Below, in pieces: positions 34,423-44,835 of a DNA stretch of 64,000 bases. The notes under the pieces were generated by a model. The model made no database searches, had not been told where the DNA came from, and saw nothing but the letters and a program-made list of their open reading frames with translations. The position numbers and the translations under genes were made by a program. Within the stretch, counting starts at the first letter, position 1. Each line of letters begins with the position of its first letter. Origin of the DNA: Escherichia coli (GTDB lineage Bacteria > Pseudomonadota > Gammaproteobacteria > Enterobacterales > Enterobacteriaceae); the NCBI RefSeq assembly GCF_030013595.1, contig NZ_CP122768.1; one strand, given 5' to 3'.

Positions 34423-34452
34423 TCAAATTTAAATGATCAGATCAGTATACCG

Positions 34453-35775
34453 TTATTCACTGATACGACGATAGACAGTTGGTGTGCTTTCCGGTGCTTT
34501 ATCGGCAAGTTTAATTGCCGCTTTCACCGCTTTAGCCGCTTCCTGCCAGCTGTTTTCGTCTTTCGCGTGGATAACCGCCAGCGGACGCTGACCGTCTACC
34601 TGGTCGCCCAGACGCGCCATATCAGTAAAGCCGACGCTGTAATCGATGGTGTCAGATGCCTGACGGCGTCCGCCGCCCATTGCAACCACTGCCATCCCCA
34701 GCGCACGGGTATCCATTTCACTGACAAAACCTTCGGTATCAGCATAGACTGCTTTCGTCAGCATCGCTGTCGGTAGATACTTCGCGTAGTTCTCAACGAA
34801 GTCAGTCGGGCCTTTTTGTGCCGCTACCATACGACCAAAGACTTCTGCCGCTTTACCGTTGTCCAGCACCGCCTGCAATTTCGCGCGCGCTTCGGCGTCA
34901 TCTTTCGCCAGTTTGCCGGAGATAAGCATCTCTACGCACAGCGCCATCGTGACATCAAACAGACGCGGGTTACGATACTCACCCGTCAGGAACTGCACCG
35001 CTTCACGAACTTCAACCGCGTTACCTGCACTGGAGGCCAGTACCTGATTCATATCGGTGAGCAGCGCGGTGGTACGCACGCCAGCGCCGTTAGCCACGCC
35101 AACAATCGCTTCGGCAAGGGCTTCAGAGAGTTCGTAGGTCGGCATAAACGCGCCGCTACCCACTTTCACGTCCATCACCAGCGCGTCCAGACCTTCCGCC
35201 AGTTTCTTCGCCAGAATAGAGGCGGTGATCAGCGGGATGGAGTCCACGGTTGCGGTAATATCACGGGTCGCGTAGAAACGTTTATCCGCCGGAGCCAGTG
35301 AGCTGGTCTGGCCGATAATCGCCACGCCGACGTCTTTAATAATTTCGCGGAAACGGTTGTCATCCGGGAAAATGTCGAAGCCAGGGATGGATTCCAGTTT
35401 GTCGAGCGTACCGCCAGTATGACCGAGGCCGCGACCGGAGATCATCGGAATATAGCCGCCGCAGGCTGCGACCATCGGCCCCAACATCAGCGAAGTCACA
35501 TCGCCGACGCCACCGGTGGAGTGTTTATCAACAATTGGGCCATTCAGATGCAGGCTTTTCCAGTCGAGAACGGTTCCTGAATCTCGCATCGCCATGGTCA
35601 GCGAGACACGCTCAGGCATTGTCATATCGTGGAAGAAAATGGTCATCGCGAGAGCGGCAATCTGCCCTTCGGAGATAGTGTTGTCGCGAATACCGTTGAT
35701 AAAGAAACGAATTTCTTCATCGCTCAGCGCATGACCATCACGTTTTTTACGAATAATTTCTTGTGCGAGAAACAA
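34453..35775 (-). CDS. deoA: Thymidine phosphorylase DeoA
   Basis: Translation (L)[43 protein letters not shown]; probable TTG start preceded by GGGAGG; 440 aa. Confidence 0.9.
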
Positions 35776-35852
35776 GGTAACCTCCCGTGGAAAAGAGACG
35801 AGGTAATCGGGGAACCGGATGAGCATCGCTGCGTCATCCGGCAAATCAAGCC

Positions 35853-36632
35853 TTAGTAGCTGCTGGCGCTCTTACCGTCGCCGTGGCCCAGAGCCTTCAG
35901 CAGGCTTGCCAGCAGGCTGGAAGCGCCAAAGCGGTAGTGACGCGCATCGGCCCAATCAGCGCCGAACAGTTCATCGGCGATGGCGAGATATTTCTGCGCA
36001 TCTTCCGCAGTACGCACGCCGCCCGCCGGTTTGAAACCAACGGTTTTTTCTACGCCCATATCACGGATCACTTCCATCATGATGCGCGCGCTTTCCGGCG
36101 TCGCGTTCACTGCCACTTTACCGGTAGAGGTTTTGATGAAGTCAGCACCCGCTTTGATGGAGATTTCAGACGCTTTACGGATCAGCGCTTCGTCTTTCAG
36201 TTCGCCGGTTTCGATGATCACTTTCAGCAGTACATTCGCTGCCGCACAAGCATCTTTACAGGCTTTCACCAGGTCAAAACCAACCTGCTCGTTACCTGCC
36301 ATCAGCGCACGGTACGGGAACACTACGTCAACTTCATCGGCACCGTAGGCGATTGCCGCACGGGTTTCTGCCAGCGCGATGTCGATGTCATCGTTACCGT
36401 GTGGGAAATTAGTTACCGTAGCGATACGGATTTCCGGGGTGCCCTGCTCTTTCAGCGTTTTGCGAGCAATCGGGATAAAGCGAGGATAGATACAGATAGC
36501 GGCGGTATTGCCGACCGGAGTTTTGGCCTGATGACACAGAGCAATTACTTTCTCGTCGGTGTCGTCGTCATTCAGGGTGGTCAGGTCCATCAATTTCAGT
36601 GCACGCAGGCTGCTTGCTTTCAGATCAGTCAT
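35853..36632 (-). CDS. deoC: Deoxyribose-phosphate aldolase DeoC
   Basis: Translation [49 protein letters not shown] from internal Met; 259 aa. Confidence 0.95.
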
Positions 36633-36889
36633 TTCATTCTCCTGGCTTGTCGCCAATAAAATTCACCTTGCGAGTTTGTTAGTATTCTAACATCTACTCC
36701 GCAACACACTTCGATATACATCACAATTAAGGAAATCTACTTACAAGTTTGCATCACTGTAATGCGATCTGGTTCAAATAATTCACTTTCAAATGAATGC
36801 GTCAGTGGTGGCAAACGCATCAGGATCAAAGTGAACATCACGAAACTTCTTACAATGGCGCATCACCTTCGGCATAAAAGGAAAAGAAG

Positions 36890-38440
36890 ATGCCCACTTC
36901 TCATGAGATTGCACTGCAACAACGTTGCCAGCAAATTGTCACCAGTCCGGTACTTAGCCCGGAGCAGAAGCGCCATTTTCTGGCGCTGGAAGCAGAAAAC
37001 AATCTGCCTTATCCGCAGCTTCCTGCCGAAGCCCGCCGCGCGCTGGATGAGGGTGTAATCTGCGATATGTTTGAAGGTCATGCGCCGTACAAACCGCGCT
37101 ATGTCTTACCCGATTACGCCCGTTTTCTGGCGAACGGTTCCGAATGGCTGGAGCTGGAAGGCGCGAAAGATCTTGATGATGCACTCTCTCTGCTGACCAT
37201 TCTTTACCACCACGTACCGTCGGTCACATCGATGCCGGTCTACCTGGGGCAACTAGATGCGTTGTTGCAACCGTATGTTAGAATTCTAACACAAGACGAG
37301 ATCGATATTCGAATAAAACGTTTCTGGCGTTACCTCGACAGAACCCTGCCAGACGCCTTTATGCACGCCAATATCGGCCCGTCTGATTCGCCCATCACCC
37401 GTGCAATCTTACGTGCAGATGCAGAGCTGAAGCAGGTTTCACCGAACCTGACCTTTATCTACGATCCTGAAATCACCCCTGATGACCTGCTGCAGGAAGT
37501 GGCGAAGAACATCTGTGAATGTAGCAAACCGCACATCGCCAACGGTCCGGTGCATGATAAAATTTTCACAAAAGGGGGCTACGGGATTGTGAGCTGTTAC
37601 AACTCACTGCCGCTGGCGGGTGGTGGCAGCACGCTGGTACGCCTTAACCTGAAAGCCATTGCCGAGCGCAGCGAATCGCTGGAAGACTTCTTTACGCGCA
37701 CTCTACCGCACTACTGCCAGCAGCAGATCGCCATCATCGATGCGCGGTGTGAATTCCTCTATCAACAATCACACTTCTTTGAGAATAGCTTCCTGGTGAA
37801 AGAAGGGCTGATTAACCCTGAACGTTTTGTGCCAATGTTTGGCATGTATGGGCTGGCGGAAGCGGTTAACTTGCTGTGTGAAAAAGAAGGGATTGCCGCG
37901 CGCTACGGTAAAGAGGCCGCCGCAAATGAAGTGGGTTATCGCATCAGCGCGCAACTGGCGGAGTTTGTCGCCAATACCCCCGTGAAATATGGCTGGCAAA
38001 AACGCGCCATGTTGCACGCACAGTCGGGGATCAGTTCTGATATCGGCACCACGCCGGGCGCACGCTTGCCGTATGGCGATGAGCCAGATCCGATCACCCA
38101 TCTGCAAACTGTCGCCCCGCATCATGCTTATTATTATTCCGGCATCAGCGACATTCTGACGCTCGACGAAACCATCAAACGTAATCCGCAGGCGCTGGTA
38201 CAGCTTTGCCTCGGTGCCTTTAAAGCCGGAATGCGTGAATTTACCGCCAATGTCAGCGGTAACGATCTGGTTCGCGTTACCGGTTATATGGTGCGTTTGT
38301 CGGATTTAGAAAAATATCGCGCCGAAGGTTCACGTACCAACACCACCTGGCTGGGCGAAGAGGCCGCACGCAATACTCGTATTCTGGAACGCCAGCCGCG
38401 CGTGATAAGCCATGAACAGCAGATGCGCTTTAGTCAGTAA
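36890..38440 (+). CDS. yjjI: Glycyl-radical-enzyme-like protein YjjI
   Basis: 516-aa ORF; overlaps downstream activase gene by 29 nt. Confidence 0.85.
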   Translation: MPTSHEIALQQRCQQIVTSPVLSPEQKRHFLALEAENNLPYPQLPAEARRALDEGVICDMFEGHAPYKPRYVLPDYARFLANGSEWLELEGAKDLDDALSLLTILYHHVPSVTSMPVYLGQLDALLQPYVRILTQDEIDIRIKRFWRYLDRTLPDAFMHANIGPSDSPITRAILRADAELKQVSPNLTFIYDPEITPDDLLQEVAKNICECSKPHIANGPVHDKIFTKGGYGIVSCYNSLPLAGGGSTLVRLNLKAIAERSESLEDFFTRTLPHYCQQQIAIIDARCEFLYQQSHFFENSFLVKEGLINPERFVPMFGMYGLAEAVNLLCEKEGIAARYGKEAAANEVGYRISAQLAEFVANTPVKYGWQKRAMLHAQSGISSDIGTTPGARLPYGDEPDPITHLQTVAPHHAYYYSGISDILTLDETIKRNPQALVQLCLGAFKAGMREFTANVSGNDLVRVTGYMVRLSDLEKYRAEGSRTNTTWLGEEAARNTRILERQPRVISHEQQMRFSQ

Positions 38441-39275
38441 GATTATCCCCTTCTCCTGCGTTGACGGGCCAGGCAGTCGTCTGGCTCTGTTTTTGCAGGG
38501 CTGCAATCTGCGTTGCAAAAATTGTCACAATCCGTGGACGATGGGACGCTGCAATGACTGTGGAGAGTGCGTGCCGCAGTGTCCGCATCAGGCGTTGCAG
38601 ATTGTTGACGGCAAAGTGGTGTGGAACGCTGTGGTTTGCGAGCAATGTGATACCTGCCTGAAGAGGTGTCCGCAACATGCCACGCCAATGGCGCAATCCA
38701 TGAGCGTGGATGAGGTGCTTAGCCATATCCGCAAAGCGGTGCTGTTTATTGAAGGGATAACGGTAAGCGGCGGCGAAGCCACGACCCAACTGCCGTTTGT
38801 AGTGGCGCTGTTTACTGCTATCAAAAACGATCCGCAACTGCGCCACCTCACCTGCCTGGTGGACAGTAACGGTATGTTGAGCGAAACCGGCTGGGAAAAA
38901 TTGCTCCCGGTGTGCGACGGCGCAATGCTCGATCTCAAAGCGTGGGGGAGCGAATGTCATCAGCAATTAACCGGACGCGATAATCAGCAGATTAAGCGCA
39001 GCATCTGTTTGCTGGCAGAGCGCGGTAAGCTGGCGGAACTGCGTTTGCTGGTAATCCCTGGCCAGGTGGATTATTTGCAACACATCGAAGAACTGGCGGC
39101 GTTTATCAAGGGACTTGGCGATGTTCCGGTACGCCTGAACGCGTTTCATGCCCACGGCGTGTATGGCGAAGCGCAAAGCTGGCCGAGCGCCACACCGGAA
39201 GATGTTGAGCAGTTGGCTGATGCGTTAAAGGTGCGCGGGGTGAGCCGGTTGATATTTCCGGCGCTGTATTTGTGA
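38412..39275 (+). CDS. yjjW: Radical SAM glycyl-radical activating enzyme YjjW
   Basis: 287-aa ORF with CxxxCxxC cluster ([11 protein letters not shown]) and ferredoxin-like Cys motifs. Confidence 0.85.
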   Translation: MNSRCALVSKIIPFSCVDGPGSRLALFLQGCNLRCKNCHNPWTMGRCNDCGECVPQCPHQALQIVDGKVVWNAVVCEQCDTCLKRCPQHATPMAQSMSVDEVLSHIRKAVLFIEGITVSGGEATTQLPFVVALFTAIKNDPQLRHLTCLVDSNGMLSETGWEKLLPVCDGAMLDLKAWGSECHQQLTGRDNQQIKRSICLLAERGKLAELRLLVIPGQVDYLQHIEELAAFIKGLGDVPVRLNAFHAHGVYGEAQSWPSATPEDVEQLADALKVRGVSRLIFPALYL

Positions 39276-39278
39276 CAT

Positions 39279-39312
39279 GCCGGATGTGGCGTAAACGCCT
39301 TGTCCGGCCTAC
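39279..39312. repeat. REP element
   Basis: GCCGGATGTGGCGTAAACGCCTTGTCCGGCCTAC between yjjW and yjjV. Confidence 0.7.
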
Positions 39313-40088
39313 GGCACGTTAAACACTGCATACGTGTTATTAAGCAACACTTCGGCAATCTCATCTTCTGGTTCCGGGCGTAACTCGCAAAGCACGGCAA
39401 ACACCCGCGCGGCCTGTTCCGGGCGATTAGGCTGCCCCTGAAAACCGTTGAGCGGCATATCCGGCGCGTCGGTTTCCAGCAACAACGATGCCAGCGGTAA
39501 TTTTGCGATGACATCGCGGGTTTTACTGGCGCGTGGATAGGTGATAGTACCGCCTACGCCGATTTTGTAGCCCAGCTGTACAAACCGCTCGGCCTGTTGC
39601 AGGCTGCCGGAAAAACCGTGAACCACGCCAGTGCGCGATAAATCGTGGCGTTTAAGATGCATCGCCAGTTTGTCGTGCGTGCGCCGTGAATGCAGGATCA
39701 CCGGCAGATCGTAGCGTTTCGCCAGTTTCAGTTGTTCGTCGAGTAACCACTGCTGCCTCTCAAATTGCGGATCGTCGCCGAAGAGATCCAGACCGATCTC
39801 CCCCACTGCCACCACCTTCGCCGGACGCCTTTCCAGCGCCTGCTGTAGCTGATCAAGAGACACATCGCTATGTTTTTCTAACATCCCCGGATGCAACCCT
39901 AACGAGGCATACAGCGGTTGATAATTTTCCGCTAATGCCAACACACGGGCAAAATTTGCCGCCTCTGTCGCCGGAACAATGATCTTGCCTACGCCCGCTT
40001 GTGCCGCGCGTTGCAGGCTGGCCTCTTCATCGCCACTAAAAGGCGGGAAATCAAAATGGCAGTGGGTATCGATAAAACGGCAAATCAA
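39309..40088 (-). CDS. yjjV: TatD-family metal-dependent hydrolase YjjV
   Basis: 259-aa ORF MICRFIDTHCHFDFPPF (TatD HxH motif). Confidence 0.85.
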   Translation of the reverse strand: MICRFIDTHCHFDFPPFSGDEEASLQRAAQAGVGKIIVPATEAANFARVLALAENYQPLYASLGLHPGMLEKHSDVSLDQLQQALERRPAKVVAVGEIGLDLFGDDPQFERQQWLLDEQLKLAKRYDLPVILHSRRTHDKLAMHLKRHDLSRTGVVHGFSGSLQQAERFVQLGYKIGVGGTITYPRASKTRDVIAKLPLASLLLETDAPDMPLNGFQGQPNRPEQAARVFAVLCELRPEPEDEIAEVLLNNTYAVFNVP

Positions 40089-41194
40089 GCCAGATCCTCA
40101 TTGTTAAATGTCGGGTCGTTCGCCTGCGGAGCGTCGCTCACTTCGGCAACCAGCGTATCGTTGGCGACTGGCGCAGGCGGAATGACAATCGATTCCGGCG
40201 TCACCACTGGCACCAGATGGCGGGTTAGCGGCGCTTTTTCAGTTAATAGCTTGCCAACCGTTGCCAGGAAATAACGACCGCATAAACGCCCAAGTTTATA
40301 GTCTTCACGCAGCGCCGGAATCCGACTGCCAAGCGCGATACTATGCAATGGCTTCGGCGGATAAATTTCGAATATCCGCAGTTTGCCCGGTGGTTTCTCA
40401 ATAAATTGCTGAATGTCACGATAGCTGGTTTCATGATGCTGCACCAGATTGACCAGCGGCTGCAGGCTACTGTCACCCAGCCAGCGTTCCATGCGTTTGA
40501 ACCACTGCGGCGTGTAGTACATTTGCGACGGCACGGTGCGGATGACGACCAAGGTTTTTGCTCCCTGCCTTGCCGCCTCTTTAACCGGAATCGCATCACT
40601 GATCCCGCCATCCAGGTAGTTAATGCCTTCCAGCGACACTCCGCTACGATAAAAGCCAGGTATCGCACTGGAGGCGCGAATCACATCCAGCCAGTTTTGT
40701 TTGGTTGGTAAAAAGTAATTCGGCGCATAGTCATCCTGACGACAGGCGCACATATAAAACGATTTGCCGCTGTCAAACAACCGCGCGGCGGTATCCATTT
40801 GCAACGGCATCTGGCTTGCAGTGGCCTCCACCAGCCAGTCGAGATCGATAAGATTTCCTCCACGGACAAAGCGCAATGGATCGAAAAATTCGCGTTTTGT
40901 GGTATAGCGCATGATGACTTTGCGCGCGTAACCGGGCTGATTGCAGATATACGCCGAGAGGTTCTGCGCCCCGGCAGATGTGCCGAGATAAAGATCGAAA
41001 GGATTAAACTGCGCGCGCATAAACTCATCCAGCACGCCAGCCGTGAAAATTCCACGCTGTCCGCCGCCTTCGCACACCAGAGCTATTCGTCCAGGCTGGA
41101 ACGGCCTTAGCGACAACGGCGCAATATTACCAAGCGTTACAGGTATTCGCTGCCCCACCTCTGCCTTCCTGTTTTTGTTGTGAAAGAATGACAA
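40085..41194 (-). CDS. yjjU: Patatin-like phospholipase family protein YjjU
   Basis: Patatin motifs GGGQRG and GTSAGA; track ORF 369 aa, true start may be about 12 codons downstream. Confidence 0.85.
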   Translation of the reverse strand: MSFFHNKNRKAEVGQRIPVTLGNIAPLSLRPFQPGRIALVCEGGGQRGIFTAGVLDEFMRAQFNPFDLYLGTSAGAQNLSAYICNQPGYARKVIMRYTTKREFFDPLRFVRGGNLIDLDWLVEATASQMPLQMDTAARLFDSGKSFYMCACRQDDYAPNYFLPTKQNWLDVIRASSAIPGFYRSGVSLEGINYLDGGISDAIPVKEAARQGAKTLVVIRTVPSQMYYTPQWFKRMERWLGDSSLQPLVNLVQHHETSYRDIQQFIEKPPGKLRIFEIYPPKPLHSIALGSRIPALREDYKLGRLCGRYFLATVGKLLTEKAPLTRHLVPVVTPESIVIPPAPVANDTLVAEVSDAPQANDPTFNNEDLA

Positions 41195-41279
41195 AGTAAC
41201 GCAATTTATTATTCGCTAAAACCGCAAAAGCCAGTCCGCTGGACTGGCTTTGGATAAAATTTTCTTAATGGTCTGAAAT

Positions 41280-41441
41280 CTAGGGTCGTTTTCGGCCCAT
41301 GAACAAACTCACCAGGAACAGAATAATCCCGACGACAAAGACAATTTTAGCTGCGCCTGCAGCGGTACCGGCCAGACCACCAAACCCAAGTGCGGCGGCG
41401 ATTAACGCGATAACCAGAAATATGATGCCCCAACGAAACAT
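41280..41441 (-). CDS. ytjA: Small membrane protein YtjA
   Basis: [53 protein letters not shown] (53 aa) from internal Met of track ORF. Confidence 0.8.
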
Positions 41442-41567
41442 AAGCGTCTCCTTTACCATAGTTAATGTCACCGCTTGATATGAGCGTGAAAATCACACAA
41501 TGCGATATTTTTAGTGTGGTGCACATCGCGCCTCCCGACAAAGTTCGGGAGGACGAATTACGACGAA

Positions 41568-42173
41568 TTACTTAGTTTTCAGATCATTTTTAACGCTTTT
41601 CACACCATCTACCGCTTTGGCGATACTTTCAGCACGGTCGCTCTGTGCCTGGGAATCGACGGTACCGGAGAGCTGAACCACGCCGTCGGTGGTTTCAACT
41701 TTCACATGACGGGAAGGGACGATATCGTCCGCCAGCAGTTTGGCTTTGATTTCACTGGTGGTGGCGGTGTCACCCGCGTAGCCCTTCACAGAGCCTTCTT
41801 TAGCGTCGCGAACGTGCAGTTTGTCGCTGACAGAGGTCACGCCTTCAACGCCTTTCGCCACTTTCACTGCCTCTTCGGCCTGGGCCTGGCTTTCAACGAA
41901 ACCGCTCAGGGTCACGACTTTTTGATCGGTTTTGACAGAGATATCGGTGCTCTTGATGTTGTCATGATCCACCAGGGCCGCCTTCACTTTCGCGGTGATG
42001 GCGCTGTCATCCATGAAATTACCGACTTTATTCATAGAGCTATCGACTTTTTGCCCTGCGCTTTCATTGGTAGTCTGCGCGTTGTTTTCTGCGTAGGCAG
42101 AGCCGGTCGCGACGGCAGAGGTCAACATTACAGCCAGCAGAGTTTTCGAAATCTTCAGTCTTGTCATAGTCAT
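41568..42173 (-). CDS. osmY: Osmotically inducible periplasmic protein OsmY
   Basis: Translation [28 protein letters not shown] then two BON-like repeats; 201 aa. Confidence 0.9.
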
Positions 42174-42565
42174 CGATTTATTCCTGTATGTTTGCTCGTA
42201 ATTTGAGCCTGGCAACACGAGGTTGCATTGCTGAATAGGGAGAGACTTCACCCTCTACAGAAGTCAATGGTCGCCATCACAAAAGCGATGGGTGATGAAT
42301 AACGACCATTACAGCCTCTGAATCAGTTATTAATATCGGTAGAATGACAATCGACGGCTTTAGATACTAATATCTACGCATTGAACGGTATTTAATGCCG
42401 TCAGAAATGTCATTACTTTGTTAAATATAGATCACAATTTTGAAACCGCTCGTGATATCAGCGAAAACATAAGCAAAAGTGAATGTTTTAAGAACATTCC
42501 GTAAGCGGCTAATAAGGAAGGGAAATTGACAGGGCGCAGCGGCTACCGCGCCCTAGAGGCAAGAA

Positions 42566-44152
42566 TTAATGCTCGCGGGTCTGGTGGAACTGAACGTCCG
42601 GATAACGTTCCTGCGCCAGACGCAGGTTGACCATGCTGGTAGCGATGTAAGCGAGGTTATCGCCGCCATCAAGCGCCAGTTGGCTTTCGTTCTTACGCTT
42701 GAACTCTTCGAATTTCTTCGCGTCCGCACATTCTACCCAGCGGGCAGTGGCAACGTTGACTGACTCATACACTGCTTCAACGTTGTATTCGCTCTTCAGG
42801 CGCGCTACCACCACATCAAACTGCAGCACACCAACTGCACCAACGATCAGGTCGTTGTTGGAGATCGGACGGAACACCTGCACCGCGCCCTCTTCGGAAA
42901 GCTGTACCAGCCCTTTGAGCAGCTGTTTTTGCTTCAGCGGATCTTTCAGGCGGATACGACGGAACAGTTCCGGTGCGAAGTTCGGAATACCGGTGAACTT
43001 CATCATCTCCCCCTGGGTAAAGGTGTCACCGATCTGAATAGTGCCGTGGTTGTGCAGGCCGAGGATATCGCCCGGATACGCTTCTTCAACGTGCGAACGG
43101 TCGCCCGCCATAAAGGTCAGCGCGTCGGAGATCACCACATCTTTCGCGGTGCGCACCTGGCGCAGCTTCATGCCTTTTTCATATTTACCGGATACCACGC
43201 GCATAAACGCCACGCGGTCGCGGTGTTTCGGGTCCATGTTGGCCTGAATTTTAAATACGAAGCCGGTAAATTTGTCTTCGCTCGCTTCTACGGTACGGGT
43301 ATCAGTCTGACGCGGCATCGGCGCAGGTGCCCACTCCACCAGGCCATCCAACATATGATCGACGCCGAAGTTACCTAGCGCAGTACCGAAGAATACCGGA
43401 GTGATTTCGCCCGCAAGGAATAATTCTTTGTCGAACTCGTTAGACGCGCCTTTCACCAGTTCCAGTTCGTCACGCAGCTGCTGCGCCAGATCTTCACCAA
43501 CCGCAGCATCGAGATCCGGGTTATTCAGCCCTTTAACAATGCGGACTTCCTGAATGGTGTGGCCTTTACCACTCTGATAAAGATAGGTTTCATCTTTATA
43601 AAGGTGGTAAACGCCTTTAAACAGCTTGCCGCAGCCAATCGGCCAGGTGATCGGCGCACAGCCGATTTTCAGCTCGTTCTCAACTTCATCGAGCAGTTCC
43701 ATCGGGTCGCGGATATCACGGTCAAGTTTGTTCATAAAGGTGAGGATCGGCGTGTCACGCAGACGGGTAACTTCCATCAGCTTGCGGGTACGATCTTCAA
43801 CACCTTTTGCGGCGTCGATAACCATCAGGCAGCAGTCCACCGCCGTCAGGGTACGATAGGTATCTTCCGAGAAGTCTTCGTGCCCCGGGGTGTCGAGCAG
43901 GTTAACCAGGCAATCGTGATACGGAAACTGCATCACAGACGTAGTAATGGAGATCCCACGCTGCTTTTCCATCTCCATCCAGTCCGACTTAGCGTGCTGG
44001 TTGGAACCACGGCCTTTTACTGTACCGGCGGTCTGAATGGCCTGTCCGAACAGCAGCACCTTCTCGGTGATGGTAGTCTTACCGGCGTCTGGGTGAGAAA
44101 TAATTGCAAAGGTTCTTCTTTTCGCTACCTCTGCGGCCAAAAGGCTTGTCAT
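42566..44152 (-). CDS. prfC: Peptide chain release factor 3
   Basis: Translation [40 protein letters not shown] (GTPase G1); track ORF starts at an upstream TTG (44179). Confidence 0.9.
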
Positions 44153-44171
44153 AATTGTTGTCTCGTTGATT

Positions 44172-44288
44172 ATGTACAATCATATGTACAAAGAAAAATT
44201 CATGCCGCTGATTGTACATTTTGGAGGTATCAGAGCATAGCAGAACATGATCAGTAGGTGTATTTGTAGCCAAAGCTCATTTGTACAT
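44172..44288. repeat. Cluster of four TGTACA-core repeats near the prophage-host junction
   Basis: ATGTACAA at 44172-44179 and 44184-44191; inverse TTGTACAT at 44212-44219 and 44281-44288. Confidence 0.35.
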
Positions 44289-44305
44289 GCCGCAATCTTC
44301 GTTCT

Positions 44306-44356
44306 ATTGACACTGTTTATTCACCCAGTTAAAAATAAGACTGTATACAAACACAG
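44306..44356 (+). promoter_or_regulatory. SOS-type promoter with LexA box upstream of the dinI-like gene
   Basis: Consensus -35 TTGACA (44306-44311); CTGT-N8-ACAG box CTGTATACAAACACAG (44341-44356); RBS GAGGG (44361-44365). Confidence 0.6.
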
Positions 44357-44371
44357 TATAGAGGGAATTTT

Positions 44372-44648
44372 ATGCGTATTGAGATCTGCATAGCCAAAGA
44401 GAAAATGACTAAACTGCCAAACAGCGCTGTGGATGCGTTAGAAGGAAGAATTAACCCGACGCACCGGTAAGCGTTATGAAGATGTAGAGGTGATCGTAAA
44501 AGCCACCAGCAATGATGACCTTTCTGTTACACGCACCGCCGATAAAGATTCAGTTAAAATTTTTGTTCAGGACACTCTGAAAGATACCTAGGAATTTGCT
44601 GACGAGTGATTTAGTTCATCATCTCTGGACACAATTCACTTGTATTGA
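44372..44648 (+). pseudogene. dinI-like gene with one frameshift and two stops at Trp positions
   Basis: Frame 1 [23 protein letters not shown] ends at TAA after a 1-nt frame slip near 44441; next frame continues [49 protein letters not shown], then TAG (44589-44591), EFADE, TGA (44607-44609), FSSS; the two stops sit where DinI proteins have the TWESADDWF tryptophans. Confidence 0.65.
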
Positions 44649-44674
44649 CTTTAAGATCATTAAATTGTAATAAT
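44645..44674 (+). promoter_or_regulatory. Candidate sigma-70 promoter for the leader/SLATT/RT transcript
   Basis: -35 TTGACT (44645-44650), 18-nt spacer, extended -10 TGtAATAAT (44666-44674); predicted start near 44681. Confidence 0.45.
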
Positions 44675-44680
44675 TCAAAA

Positions 44681-44815
44681 GGATGGGGCAGTTTTTTCCT
44701 CTTGCGTATGCAAGGGCGGCTCTGATAATGAACAGTAATATTTTACTGTTGAGCTTATGCTCACTGATCCTGCCGAGCAGGATGTTCAACGGTTCCAATA
44801 TATCCTGCCCCTTCC
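44681..44815 (+). ncRNA. Candidate structured leader or ncRNA upstream of the SLATT-RT operon
   Basis: 11-nt inverted repeat GGATGGGGCAG (44681-44691) and CTGCCCCTTCC (44805-44815), 10 of 11 bp, enclosing four hairpins: 44701-44714 (5 bp), 44731-44750 (8 bp), 44751-44762 (4 bp), 44767-44783 (7 bp). Alternative reading is a leaderless 51-codon N-terminal extension from ATG 44683. Confidence 0.35.
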
Positions 44816-44835
44816 GCTTTTTAAAAGGATATTTT

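Noticed and set aside
36762-37058. 98-aa plus-strand ORF and 72- and 76-aa minus-strand ORFs around the deoC-yjjI intergenic region
   Set aside because: Overlap the yjjI start and regulatory DNA with no convincing translation signals or recognisable protein character.
44231-44380. About 50-codon ORF starting at ATG 44246 upstream of the dinI-like gene
   Set aside because: Runs through the promoter and LexA box and ends inside the dinI-like start region; no RBS; promoter DNA, not coding.
44683-44835. N-terminal 51-codon extension of the SLATT ORF as drawn in the ORF track (234 aa)
   Set aside because: No spaced RBS before ATG 44683, whereas ATG 44836 has AAGGA at 7 nt; the segment is packed with hairpins and an inverted repeat. 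Kept as an alternative, since the predicted transcript start is close enough for leaderless translation.
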